The notes under the pieces were generated by a model that did no database searches, was not told where the DNA came from, and worked only from the letters and a program-made list of their open reading frames with translations. Shown here piece after piece: positions 19,538 to 29,295 of a DNA stretch of 64,000 nt. The DNA comes from a virus. Within the stretch, counting starts at the first letter, position 1. Every line of letters begins with the position of its first letter. The translations under genes and the position numbers were made by a program. The stretch is from positions 1 to 64,000 of IMG/VR virus record IMGVR_UViG_3300043410_001708; one strand, 5' to 3'.

Positions 19538-21265
19538 TTAATCAACTGTAATGCCGGAACCAGATAACATCCAATCATTGAAATAATTGTCCATACCTGT
19601 TCCAATTTTAATTAAGGTACAGATATTGCCGCCACCATTATCGGGAATATCCCAACCTGTTGAAGAACTTGATGTGCCAGCACCGTAAATTGTACCACTC
19701 TCATCATCGTTTTGTTTGTAAAGATATACTGTACCACCTGTACGATTGATAATTGTAATAGTTGCACCGATTGGGAAATCATATGCACCACCATCAGGTA
19801 ATTTTAATGTATTTGTAGTATTACCATCAAGAATAATCATTTTACCAATATCAGCAGGAGTGATATATCGGTCACCAACTTGAGAAGTTTTTTGACTTGC
19901 AGCTTTGATTGTACCTGCAATTTTTTCTGAGTATGCTGTTTGTTGAACAGTACCATCATTGAATCTCATACCAGATGTTAGTTTGTTAACATCAATTAAA
20001 CGGCGAGTATATGAGAAACCTGGATAACTATAGTCGTTACCTTGAGCCCAACGAGTAAACACGATAGCATAATACTTGTCGTTTTGTGTATCATGCATTA
20101 CAAGTTCTTTACCAACAATACGCTTGCCTAAGTTTTGTCCAGCCCATAAATCATCAAACAACATAAATTGACGAGACATTAGATTTGATAGGTCTTCATG
20201 TCCTTCTGCATTCCATAATGTTCCATATGGACTTACATCTTCATCATAACCATTTTCTAAATTACCAGGTTGAGTAAGATTCAAATAAATGAATGTTGGA
20301 TTAACTGTATCAGCGGACCAATCCAATGTGAATGATGATGTAACTGAATCCCATGCTGTCACAACAGTTTGAGATGTACCGTCATTATTGCCAGTATAGT
20401 CAATCCAAACAGGATCACCAACTTGCATTTGTTGAAGTGCAATTAATAATTCATTTTGTGGATTTTCAATAGTAACTTTATGAGTTCCTGTTTCCAATGT
20501 TATGCTGTCACAGTAATCTGTAACAGGATCAAAATGGAAATTGTTAGTAACTGGACCAATACCCCAGTTAAAAATAGCTTGGCCATTGCCACGGGTGATG
20601 TTTAGATTTTCAGCAATTGGATCGCCATTAACATATGCTGTTTCTTCATCATTCGTATCTTCACGATTGAAATATATTGCAGTATTGATTTCACGGCGCA
20701 TGTAACTGAAGGCACCAGTTGCTTGGTTACTACCTGAATCCCATGATAAGAAACGAATAGCATAATACTTGTCGTTCATTGTATCATGCATAATCCATTC
20801 ATGTTTTGTTGTAGCCCAACCACCGCCAGAGAAAGATGGAGTAAAGTTTTGGTAATAACGGGTTTTGGTGGTTGATAGGTCTTGCCAACCATCTGTATTC
20901 CATTGTGTGCCATAAGGAGTGCTTACACTACCGTTAGAATCTAATGTACCTTCTCCATCAGGAGCAGAGTTCCATAAAGATCCACTTTCACCTTGTGGAT
21001 CACGGGTAATCCATAGATTGTCTGCAATTTTATCGACAATTTCGGGAGAATCATCTGGACGTGCAAAGTAAACCCAATCACCAATGAAAAGACTTTCCAT
21101 TGGACTAGATTCGGTGAAACTGTGGCCACCTGGAGTAACACCATCACCCACTCTTAGAGCACCAGACTGTGCATCAAAGAACATTTCACCTGGTTTGCCA
21201 ATGAATGTTTCGACATTTCGGCCGCCCATCTGTTCTGTTAAAATTCTATTGACTACTTTTGACAT
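19538..21265 (-). CDS. tail-fibre/adhesin-like structural protein with internal duplication
   Basis: GEMFFD...LRVGDGVTPGG N-terminus; FNDGTVQ; two copies of a ~100-aa unit. Confidence 0.7.
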   Translation of the reverse strand: MSKVVNRILTEQMGGRNVETFIGKPGEMFFDAQSGALRVGDGVTPGGHSFTESSPMESLFIGDWVYFARPDDSPEIVDKIADNLWITRDPQGESGSLWNSAPDGEGTLDSNGSVSTPYGTQWNTDGWQDLSTTKTRYYQNFTPSFSGGGWATTKHEWIMHDTMNDKYYAIRFLSWDSGSNQATGAFSYMRREINTAIYFNREDTNDEETAYVNGDPIAENLNITRGNGQAIFNWGIGPVTNNFHFDPVTDYCDSITLETGTHKVTIENPQNELLIALQQMQVGDPVWIDYTGNNDGTSQTVVTAWDSVTSSFTLDWSADTVNPTFIYLNLTQPGNLENGYDEDVSPYGTLWNAEGHEDLSNLMSRQFMLFDDLWAGQNLGKRIVGKELVMHDTQNDKYYAIVFTRWAQGNDYSYPGFSYTRRLIDVNKLTSGMRFNDGTVQQTAYSEKIAGTIKAASQKTSQVGDRYITPADIGKMIILDGNTTNTLKLPDGGAYDFPIGATITIINRTGGTVYLYKQNDDESGTIYGAGTSSSSTGWDIPDNGGGNICTLIKIGTGMDNYFNDWMLSGSGITVD

Positions 21266-21523
21266 TTATTTTATTCCTTCGAATATGTGTTTTTGAATAT
21301 TGTACCACTCAATCCATGCATCGTTTTTCACTGCACATTCATAATAGGTTGTATAATTTACTGTGACCGTCTTACTTATGTCGCTTAATTTTGCTTCTTC
21401 TTTTAGTTTTTCCAGTTGAGGACATTTCTGCATCAATCTATCTGGTATCTGAGGAAACTTAGCTGTTACTGGAACAATTGTTGAACATCCCACTAACATT
21501 AGTAATATTAATATATATTTCAT
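21266..21523 (-). CDS. o-spanin (Rz1-like lipoprotein)
   Basis: LVGC lipobox, Pro-rich, NY..YYEC. Confidence 0.75.
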   Translation of the reverse strand: MKYILILLMLVGCSTIVPVTAKFPQIPDRLMQKCPQLEKLKEEAKLSDISKTVTVNYTTYYECAVKNDAWIEWYNIQKHIFEGIK

Positions 21524-21975
21524 TTTGGTGCCTCTGCCGCATCGTTATGTGCCTTGATAAACTCTTTAGGTATCTCACAGGCACCACCTGGTGCAAACTT
21601 TGTGTCATACTTGACCACTTCTCTATCTACATATTTAACAATGTCCTGGCCACGGGTTTTTACTACTTGTACCTTGTTTACCACTTTAGTTACAATCTTA
21701 ACATTTTCTTCTTTTGATTGTACTTCTGCTGCGGCAACCTTTTCTTCCATTTCTTTGACTCTTGCTTCCCATGCATCGTTATCATGTATTGCACCGGCCA
21801 TAAAAGTGCCAATAGCAATTGCTGCAATAGAACCAAGTTGTATAGGTGTTTTGTAAACGTAAAGAAAAGGAATGAAACTTAAAAATCTAATAAAATATGT
21901 TAGTACCAAACCAAAAACGCCGGCTAGTAAGACGGCGTAGAATATCCAATTAGGTAACCATTGCAGTATCCACAT
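21520..21975 (-). CDS. i-spanin (Rz-like)
   Basis: N-terminal TMs, coiled coil, C.IP..F...HNDAA. Confidence 0.75.
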   Translation of the reverse strand: MWILQWLPNWIFYAVLLAGVFGLVLTYFIRFLSFIPFLYVYKTPIQLGSIAAIAIGTFMAGAIHDNDAWEARVKEMEEKVAAAEVQSKEENVKIVTKVVNKVQVVKTRGQDIVKYVDREVVKYDTKFAPGGACEIPKEFIKAHNDAAEAPK

Positions 21976-21976
21976 A

Positions 21977-22279
21977 TTACATCTTTGGTTGTTTACGTTT
22001 AAAGAATGACATTACTGGATTTCTTTTCTTAGAAACACCAGGTTCTCCGCCGGCGCCACCTGAACCAGCAATATTTCCGCCGCCAACATTGTTTGCTGGT
22101 GCACCAACTGCTCCTGCACCCATACCATCTTCTTTCATGTGCTTGAAGTATTGTACTTGTGCTTCACGTTTTTTGATACCTGATAAACTAGATGCAGTGC
22201 CTAGATTTTTACCAGATGATTTGGAAACTAATTTGTAACCACTATCTGTTTTAACGATATGTTCCAAAAAAGTTTTCAT
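21977..22279 (-). CDS. probable head-internal protein
   Basis: MKTFLE N-terminus; REAQVQYFKH; Gly-rich GEPGV tail. Confidence 0.6.
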   Translation of the reverse strand: MKTFLEHIVKTDSGYKLVSKSSGKNLGTASSLSGIKKREAQVQYFKHMKEDGMGAGAVGAPANNVGGGNIAGSGGAGGEPGVSKKRNPVMSFFKRKQPKM

Positions 22280-22704
22280 TAGCAATTCCACTTACGTAAA
22301 GATTTATTAATACGTGAATCCGGATCTCTAGCGGTTGCTGCTGAAGTTAATCTTTTCTTCATGCCAGACATTCTAGCACAGAATGATTTACGGCGATTGG
22401 CTGCAGCGGAACCTGGTTTTAATTTTGATGGTTTAGTTGTAACTGCTGTTTTTAGTTTGGAACCAGGATGTTCTCTACGATAAGAGTCAACACCTTTTTG
22501 ATTCAAACCACCAGATTCTCTTTTGCCTTCTTTGCGTTGCCATGCAGCAGTTTCATCCAATTCAACTTCTTCTGGCACACAGTTAGGAACTTTTCTGCCA
22601 CCTTTCATTTTCATACCGACAGCAGTGTATCCTGTCCAACAAACTTTCTTTAGGTCACCAGTTGGTTCTTTTACTTCGTTGATGAATTCGTTAAATTTTT
22701 TCAT
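22279..22704 (-). CDS. DUF6321-like probable internal virion protein
   Basis: MKKFNEFINE; CW.GY...VPNCV; RRKSFCARM...LRKWNC. Confidence 0.75.
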   Translation of the reverse strand: MKKFNEFINEVKEPTGDLKKVCWTGYTAVGMKMKGGRKVPNCVPEEVELDETAAWQRKEGKRESGGLNQKGVDSYRREHPGSKLKTAVTTKPSKLKPGSAAANRRKSFCARMSGMKKRLTSAATARDPDSRINKSLRKWNC

Positions 22705-23087
22705 ATGTTTCGTAATATCTCTGCGACATTTATATCTAAAGGTAAATCGGATGATGATATAGTTTTTCCATTAATACCATAAACAAAATCAGGCATAATA
22801 TCAAGGTAATCTAAAAAAGTTTTTAGAATATCATAATCACGTTCATCAGTTTTATAGAACAATATTCTTGCGGTTGCTTCTGGCCCAAAAACATTATTCA
22901 ATAAAATGATATGATTTAAAATCAATCTCTCTTTAAGAGATTTTGTTATTTTATATCTTCTGAACAATCTTTTTAAATATTTTGTTCTTTTGATATCTCC
23001 TTCAAATTCAGACATGATGCAGTGTGGTGAAGTATAACATTTCATCGCATACATCATAAAATTGTCGTCATTCAAATCATCAAACAT
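22701..23087 (-). CDS. conserved T4-like hypothetical protein
   Basis: KYLKRLFRRY...LILNHII...NVFG. Confidence 0.75.
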   Translation of the reverse strand: MFDDLNDDNFMMYAMKCYTSPHCIMSEFEGDIKRTKYLKRLFRRYKITKSLKERLILNHIILLNNVFGPEATARILFYKTDERDYDILKTFLDYLDIMPDFVYGINGKTISSSDLPLDINVAEILRNI

Positions 23088-23099
23088 AGTATTCCAATA

Positions 23100-23126
23100 A
23101 AATAGGGGGTGGATTAACCACCCCCA
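23100..23126 (-). terminator. Rho-independent terminator
   Basis: GGGGGTGG-TTAAT-CCACCCCC then T-rich. Confidence 0.7.
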
Positions 23127-23132
23127 TTATCA

Positions 23133-23858
23133 TTAAGTAGTAATCAGAATTCTAGCGTTAGCAGAGTACTCTGTTACACCAGCATCGCTGTTGTATACTT
23201 TAGCACGGAATAGATAATTGTTTGCTGTAGTACCTGTTGGATCCAATACCAATGTTGTGGTATTTGCACCTGTTTTGGTCATGTTTCCTGGTTGACCAGT
23301 TGTTACACCAGTTCCGTTTGGAAGGTCAACCCATACACCACCAGAGTTGTTATTAACTTGCCACTGATAAGACAATGAACCGCCTGTAGCACCATCAGTA
23401 ATTTCTGCACCAACTGTCAATGTGATTGTATCAGAACTTGCAGCACTTACTGGACCAGATAGAGATTCAGGTTGTGTTGTAATTGCAATTACCATATCAG
23501 GTAATACAGTATCATCACTATTGTTATCGGAAGCAACTTGTGAAAGTGCAACCAATGTTTCCCATTGTACACGACCTGCACGACCACCAGAACCAGTTGT
23601 TTTAATATTCCAACCAGTATGAGCAGGTGGTGTTCCAGCTGCTTCTTGTACGTCCATTTCGTTTCCATCAACTAAGAATAGACCAATTGTTTCACCAGAT
23701 GTATATACACTAGAAGTTGTATTGCCGTAAAGCAATGCAACGTTTGCTGCATCAGGTGCAGCCGCAACAGATTTTACGTCCGCTGCATTTACTATTGCTG
23801 AGTTAACGGCCCAATATGGTGCGTTAGCTGCGTTATCGTTTTTGCCCCAAGATGACAT
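23133..23858 (-). CDS. virion structural protein with C-terminal Ig-like domain
   Basis: H.GW.....G.GGRAGRV..ETLVA; ITTQP...LSYQWQ. Confidence 0.75.
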   Translation of the reverse strand: MSSWGKNDNAANAPYWAVNSAIVNAADVKSVAAAPDAANVALLYGNTTSSVYTSGETIGLFLVDGNEMDVQEAAGTPPAHTGWNIKTTGSGGRAGRVQWETLVALSQVASDNNSDDTVLPDMVIAITTQPESLSGPVSAASSDTITLTVGAEITDGATGGSLSYQWQVNNNSGGVWVDLPNGTGVTTGQPGNMTKTGANTTTLVLDPTGTTANNYLFRAKVYNSDAGVTEYSANARILITT

Positions 23859-23893
23859 TTTATTCTCCTTTTAACCGTGGGTTATCTTACTAT

Positions 23894-25465
23894 TTATCTT
23901 TTTCCAGAAATTGGTTTACGCATCTTCATCATAGGATCGATTTCGATGGTATCTCGCTTTTCACCAGTCATGGTGGTGCCACCCGTAAGTATCGCAGCGG
24001 CTTTTGGTTCCTCTAAACCTGCACCAGCTTGTTGCATCTTTGGTTTTTTACCATATGTTGCAACAGACTTGCCTTCTTTTTCATGGTCATAAATTTCCTC
24101 TTTCATACCTTTCTTTTTGTAAAGGTTTTTAATGATTCGAGCAGACTTAGACATTTGAATCAATTTTTTATTCTTATCTTTTGGTTCAACATCATCAGGA
24201 CTATTTGCACAATCACAAGGCATTGATGTGGCAGCCATTGGGTCTTGTGTATTTTCGTGTATTGTGTAACCTTGTTTTTTTAAATGTGCTCTTGCAGCAG
24301 GTTTAGCTTCAGCGTGAGTTTTTTGAGAATTAGAAATAGTTACTGTGCGATTGTGTTTCTCACCACCATCTTTAGAAACATTAAATGTAATTTTATGTGT
24401 TATTCCTGGATCTGGAACATGGTACTCATCATCTTCTCTACGAGGACGACCAAACGAGTGATAACTAGGAACACCGTGTCTGTAACCACGACCTTCTTCT
24501 AATTCTGTTTCCTCATTCTTTTGAGTGCCGTCAGCCTTCTTATGTGACTTGTAACCTTTGTTCTTCATGGACCATGCAAGTGCCCAAGGATTATCAATCT
24601 TCTTGTACTTTTTCATTGCTTTGACGGTACCTTCAAAACCTGGAGGTGCAACTTCTGTCATGTCTTGTTTTTTAGGTTGCGTGTCTGCTGGTTTCTTGTT
24701 CAACAATTCGTTGCCCAATCGTTCTTCACGTTCACGTTTTTGTTTAGCTTGTTGTAAAGCTTTGTACATACGAATAGAAGCTGATGTGGCTTCATTAATA
24801 TCTTCATTCTTACTGTTTAGATAGTTACCAACAGTATCAATGTAGTCTGATGCCAATGTCAATTTAGATTGAACCCATGCAGGTAGTTGTTTTTCATAAT
24901 CAGTACCAATGTAATCACGAACCATCTTTACGGCACGCTCCATTTGATCCAACTGATTCAAAACCATACTACCTTCATCATCCATCATCTGACCCATTGC
25001 AATTGCAATATGGTTTTCATCGAGGTCAAGGTCTTCTTTCAATTTTGTCACAAAGTTGTAATCTTTCATTGACAAGACACCTTTTTTACGGATGTGAATC
25101 AATTTTTCAACCATTTTGTGCAAAGCAATATCAGTCTTTAAATCTTCTCTGGTAAATTCCAAAACACGAATCAACAAAGGAATGTCAAATGTAACAACAT
25201 CCATTTTGTCAATTGCTTCAACAAGAGATTCGACCATGTGGTCTCTTTTCCACTTGATGAATTGACCCATCTTGGAATGTGCAACCTTTTGGTCTTTGGT
25301 AACATGTTTTGGATTAATACCTCTAGAAATGAGATATTGATTCAAAGCAGCATCTTCCGAAATGTTTGCTTTTGCGGACCATGGATCCCAAGGATTGGTA
25401 CCAAAAGATGATTTTTCTAAACCACCTTTTTTTACTATAGACTTTACTGTTTGTGCTTTGCTCAT
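23894..25465 (-). CDS. large modular internal virion protein
   Basis: DIPLLIRVLE, LPAWVQSKLTLA.DY modules separated by (L/I/V/M)xE motifs. Confidence 0.65.
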   Translation of the reverse strand: MSKAQTVKSIVKKGGLEKSSFGTNPWDPWSAKANISEDAALNQYLISRGINPKHVTKDQKVAHSKMGQFIKWKRDHMVESLVEAIDKMDVVTFDIPLLIRVLEFTREDLKTDIALHKMVEKLIHIRKKGVLSMKDYNFVTKLKEDLDLDENHIAIAMGQMMDDEGSMVLNQLDQMERAVKMVRDYIGTDYEKQLPAWVQSKLTLASDYIDTVGNYLNSKNEDINEATSASIRMYKALQQAKQKREREERLGNELLNKKPADTQPKKQDMTEVAPPGFEGTVKAMKKYKKIDNPWALAWSMKNKGYKSHKKADGTQKNEETELEEGRGYRHGVPSYHSFGRPRREDDEYHVPDPGITHKITFNVSKDGGEKHNRTVTISNSQKTHAEAKPAARAHLKKQGYTIHENTQDPMAATSMPCDCANSPDDVEPKDKNKKLIQMSKSARIIKNLYKKKGMKEEIYDHEKEGKSVATYGKKPKMQQAGAGLEEPKAAAILTGGTTMTGEKRDTIEIDPMMKMRKPISGKR

Positions 25466-25474
25466 TATTGTGCC

Positions 25475-25624
25475 TTATTTGTTCATCATTTCTTTTTGAA
25501 CTCTATCTAAAGATTTTTTAGCCAAGTATCTTGCATGATTCAATGGCTTCAAATCGTGTGTATCATTGATACTAGAGACAAAAGGTCCGTCTTCCTGACT
25601 GGTTGGTCCTTTTGCCTCATTTAC
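25475..25624 (-). CDS. -1 frameshift extension of the upstream internal protein
   Basis: -1 frame open VNEAKGPTSQEDGPFV...EMMNK after A_AAA_AAG. Confidence 0.7.
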   Translation of the reverse strand, partial: VNEAKGPTSQEDGPFVSSINDTHDLKPLNHARYLAKKSLDRVQKEMMNK

Positions 25625-26346
25625 TTTTTTTCGTCAGTGTCCTTTTCAGGTACGTCTTTTTGTTTAGAGCCACCATAACGTGAACCTTGTTTAACACCTG
25701 AACCACCGTTTGGTTCTGGATCAGGTTTCTTTTTCCAATCAAATGCATTTTCTTTAAATTGTTTCAATGTTTTTGGCATGATTTCTTCTTTTGTTAAACG
25801 TTCAACTGCTTTGTCAATACCTGCGTGACGCTTTTGAGCGATGGAATTGAATCTGTCAGAAAGACGAGAGTTCGCTGACTTGGAACTAGGTTTTCTAGAT
25901 TTGTTTGCATTATTTGCAAAGTTGGCACCAAGTGAACGAGAAGCACCAACATCTTTTGCTGCATTTTTCACATAAGAACCTAAAGTTGATTTTGATAATT
26001 CATCAATCTGTTCAACTTCTTCACCCATAGCCTTGTCTGATGGTTTCTTACCAGTTTGTGGAAGATTCATCTTGCGTTGAAGGTCTTTAAGTTGGTCTTC
26101 ATCTGAACCACCAGTCAAAGCTTTGAAAGCTTTCTTAGCAATTTCTTTAATACCTTCTTCAACTGTTTCTTCTGCAACTTCTTTCTTTTTGGCTTTCTTT
26201 TCACCACGAAGAATCTCAAAGTCTTCCGCATCGACTTTGTTGTTATGGTTCTTGTCGATAGCTCCTTGGTTACCCTTTAGTGCTTCTTGTTGTAGAATGC
26301 CTTTTACTGCATCTGCAATAGGATCTTGTTTTTTTAAGTTAATCAT
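25621..26346 (-). CDS. internal virion protein
   Basis: AAGGAG SD before ATG 26346; LKG.Q..ID.N.N.K.DAEDF..LR and IDELSKSTLGSY modules. Confidence 0.7.
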   Translation of the reverse strand: MINLKKQDPIADAVKGILQQEALKGNQGAIDKNHNNKVDAEDFEILRGEKKAKKKEVAEETVEEGIKEIAKKAFKALTGGSDEDQLKDLQRKMNLPQTGKKPSDKAMGEEVEQIDELSKSTLGSYVKNAAKDVGASRSLGANFANNANKSRKPSSKSANSRLSDRFNSIAQKRHAGIDKAVERLTKEEIMPKTLKQFKENAFDWKKKPDPEPNGGSGVKQGSRYGGSKQKDVPEKDTDEKK

Positions 26347-26347
26347 T

Positions 26348-26560
26348 TTATGCTCCTTTAATATTTTTTGCAGCTGCAGCAAAAGTTTCACCTTTAGCTT
26401 GTGCGGCGCCGCCGTGTCCGAATTGTTTTTCTCTTTCAGCTTGGTCACCATACTCTTTTGCTTTATCCATCAAATGTTTCTTTTGACGTTTGATTTCTTC
26501 AGCATCATGGTGTACCGTTTCTGGTGTGGATTCTTTTACAAATTCTGTGAATTTTTTCAT
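26348..26560 (-). CDS. small internal protein (IP-like)
   Basis: MKKFTEFVKE N-terminus. Confidence 0.65.
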   Translation of the reverse strand: MKKFTEFVKESTPETVHHDAEEIKRQKKHLMDKAKEYGDQAEREKQFGHGGAAQAKGETFAAAAKNIKGA

Positions 26561-28323
26561 TTCTTTTTCTTCTTTGTTGAACTAGAACCAAATTTATCTC
26601 TTGGGTTTTCCATTGGTTCTTTATTTGTAGAACCACTTAAAACACCAACAACACCCATTTCGGAATCACCTGGATCATTAAATGATTCTCTGTATGTTAC
26701 ATCGCCTAAACCAGACATAGGGTATACTGTTCCCTGTTGGCGTGTATCGAATTCTGGACCAACTGTTGAAATATTTCTCATTCTTTGATTAACAGTTGGT
26801 GAATCAATAAAACGATTACGTTTTACTTTTTCTTTGTCCTTGGAGAAGTTGCTTTCTTTGGGGATTGGGCTGATTTTGAGGCTTGCGTTTTCTTCGCTGT
26901 AGGTTTTGAAGGTGTAACTTCCTCGCTTTTTGTTTCCGTCCCACTTGATGTTGTCGGCGTTGGTGTCTCCTGCACGATTATCTGGGGTGGTGTCTCCTGG
27001 ACCATCGGCTGTTGGACCTGTTCCGGATGATATTTTTGGATATCTAGAGGATGTTTCTGTGTTGCGCTTGGACTTGTAACTTTCAAAAAATCTAGAATTT
27101 TTCTTAACATTTTCATTTTCCTTAAATAATGATGTGATACTAATTTTACCACGACTTTCCAACCAAGAGAACGCAATTTCATTGTAATTTTTGTCCTCAA
27201 TGAACCTATTTATTTTTTCGTAAGTATCAGTAATATCCTCTTGAATTTCTTCAAAGGTTGAACTATTATTAAAATCTATAAAATTAGAAAAATTCTGTTT
27301 GTATGCTTCTTTTGAAGTTTGTGCTAATTGCCACTTATCATATCTAACCGATTCTGAAATCGACTTGGCCAATTTCTCATTACGTTCTTTGCTGGCTTCA
27401 TTTGTTGTATCAACAAATACCATAACAGCTTCGTAACCAAATTCTTCCAATTCTTCTCTAATGGTAATCATTCTTGTGTGGTCATCAGCAGGACCATTAA
27501 TGATTAGGGGTCCACGATTACGAATTGCTTCTCTGCGATAATCTGTTGTTTTTTCGGACAATTTTTGTTTATCCATCAACAAGTCAAATGCCTGTACTGA
27601 ATTTAATTCTACTGCTTTGCTTTCAGCAATTGCTTCACGTATGATAACATCTTTGCCTGAACCTGGACCACCAGTCACAAAGATTGCTTTGAATAATCCA
27701 CGATTGTGTTCTTCATTTAGTCCCATGCCTCTACGAACATCACGGAATAATTCTCTTGCGTGTTTTTCTGGTACATGTGATGGAACACCTTGTCTAAAAG
27801 AATTGAAATCACCATTCTTTGCATGTTCACGCATTTTAGAAGCCGACATGCCTTCTGCACCTTCGGCATCAGGATCACGTTGGCCAGCAGACTTAACTTC
27901 AATCTTTTTAAAATTAAAAAGAGAACCAGCAGCTGTTCCGTTGTATTGTTTTAATTTATCTGCATATTCATTTACACGGTCAGAACCAGCAACCATAATT
28001 AAATGGTCGTGTCCCATTTGATTCAATCTGGCTGCATGTTGCAAGAATGTTGGTTGTTCTTTACTAGACGTTTCAATATTCGTATCTGGAAAGAATCTCT
28101 TAGCGTGCTTCAATTTGGATTTTGCATCCAAAGGATTTTTCTTAGCATCAACTGAATGAGAAATGATAACGTGATGTGGTGCTTTGTAATCTTTGGCAAT
28201 TTGTTTAACTTTATCCACTAACTTTTCATGGCCAATTGTGGGTGGATTCATACGGCCAAAAGCCATCACCACTGGCTTGTGGGTTTTTGAATCTGCTTCT
28301 AATTTTTCTAAGAATGATTTCAT
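26557..28323 (-). CDS. HxGH nucleotidyltransferase fused to P-loop (zeta-toxin/AAA_33-like) kinase domain
   Basis: FGRMNPPTIGHEKL, GSDR, MSASKMR; GGPGSGKD. Confidence 0.8.
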   Translation of the reverse strand: MKSFLEKLEADSKTHKPVVMAFGRMNPPTIGHEKLVDKVKQIAKDYKAPHHVIISHSVDAKKNPLDAKSKLKHAKRFFPDTNIETSSKEQPTFLQHAARLNQMGHDHLIMVAGSDRVNEYADKLKQYNGTAAGSLFNFKKIEVKSAGQRDPDAEGAEGMSASKMREHAKNGDFNSFRQGVPSHVPEKHARELFRDVRRGMGLNEEHNRGLFKAIFVTGGPGSGKDVIIREAIAESKAVELNSVQAFDLLMDKQKLSEKTTDYRREAIRNRGPLIINGPADDHTRMITIREELEEFGYEAVMVFVDTTNEASKERNEKLAKSISESVRYDKWQLAQTSKEAYKQNFSNFIDFNNSSTFEEIQEDITDTYEKINRFIEDKNYNEIAFSWLESRGKISITSLFKENENVKKNSRFFESYKSKRNTETSSRYPKISSGTGPTADGPGDTTPDNRAGDTNADNIKWDGNKKRGSYTFKTYSEENASLKISPIPKESNFSKDKEKVKRNRFIDSPTVNQRMRNISTVGPEFDTRQQGTVYPMSGLGDVTYRESFNDPGDSEMGVVGVLSGSTNKEPMENPRDKFGSSSTKKKKK

Positions 28324-29295
28324 TTAATCTTTATGTCCCAAAGTTTTCTTGAAATTAAACAAATCTTCGTCTTTGTCTAAGTCGTATGTACTTTTATTCA
28401 AACCCTTTTTACCATCTGGATGAAAAGCAACTGTTCTGGCAAATTTATTACCTTTTTGTTTTTCCCTAATTCTCCAAGAACCTTGGCCAGATATATTAGG
28501 TAGGCCATGGCCAGTTTCATCTTTTTTACCAACACTGTATGTGCCATAACCACCAACTTGAAGTACGTGTACATGGTGGTCTTGTAGGTATGCTTGTGCT
28601 GGATCTAAATTTGGATGTTTCAGTTCAATTGTTTTTGTTCTACCTGAAGCAGTAGTCTCCACATTTTCAGGAGTATGGTAATGAGCATTCATATGGTCCA
28701 AAATACCAGCTTTCTCTATTGCCTTTGCATAAAGTGGTCTTTTCTTTCTTGCTGCGTCACCAATATGCCAACCCTTTTCTTTGGTGTGATGTATTGTTAA
28801 TTGTCCCATTGCGGCAGTAACACCGTCTTTTGTTTCACCATTTAATAAAGAACCAGAAACTGTTCCAGGATGCATGGATTGAGTTTTTTTGTTTTCGATT
28901 GCAAAGTCTGTGCCGCTGGTTGAACCTGCACCTAGGAGATGATGTGGCATAATACCGTGGTGTTTCAATCTCTCAACAAACTTAGATTCATAATCATGTC
29001 CTTTGTTTGTTGGTGCTTCACCTGGTTTATGTAATTTTGAAATAGGAATTAATTGATGATTACCAGTTTCATCTTCAGCATTTACATGGATTTTTCCGTT
29101 GATGCGTTCAACACTCTTTAATTTTACAGAAGAACCTTTTGGTAAATCTTCATGTTCGGTTGCTAGAGTGTGTGTAAATTCCTTTGAACCAAGATATGGT
29201 GTAACATATTTTTTTAAATGGTCTTCACCTGCTTGGCCAGAAGCAGTCATTTTACCACGACCTTCGGTCAACAAAAAAGACTTGAATGATTCCAT
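28324..29295 (-). CDS. hypothetical protein, possible PD-(D/E)xK-like nuclease
   Basis: G..YE...TDF...GETK pattern; MESFKSFLLTE N-terminus. Confidence 0.5.
   Translation of the reverse strand: MESFKSFLLTEGRGKMTASGQAGEDHLKKYVTPYLGSKEFTHTLATEHEDLPKGSSVKLKSVERINGKIHVNAEDETGNHQLIPISKLHKPGEAPTNKGHDYESKFVERLKHHGIMPHHLLGAGSTSGTDFAIENKKTQSMHPGTVSGSLLNGETKDGVTAAMGQLTIHHTKEKGWHIGDAARKKRPLYAKAIEKAGILDHMNAHYHTPENVETTASGRTKTIELKHPNLDPAQAYLQDHHVHVLQVGGYGTYSVGKKDETGHGLPNISGQGSWRIREKQKGNKFARTVAFHPDGKKGLNKSTYDLDKDEDLFNFKKTLGHKD

Noticed and set aside
25549-25620. Independent 23-aa ORF (MRQKDQ...) starting right after the TAA
   Set aside because: Short, leaves the gap unexplained; the -1 frame with slippery site and hairpin explains the region better.
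26123-26788. Long plus-strand ORFs antisense to genes (also 27617, 36511, 39674, 47230)
   Set aside because: Shadow ORFs from codon bias; Ser/Phe/Leu-rich, no RBS.
26823-27200. 125-aa overlapping alternative-frame ORF
   Set aside because: No RBS; lies within a low-complexity tail of the main gene.
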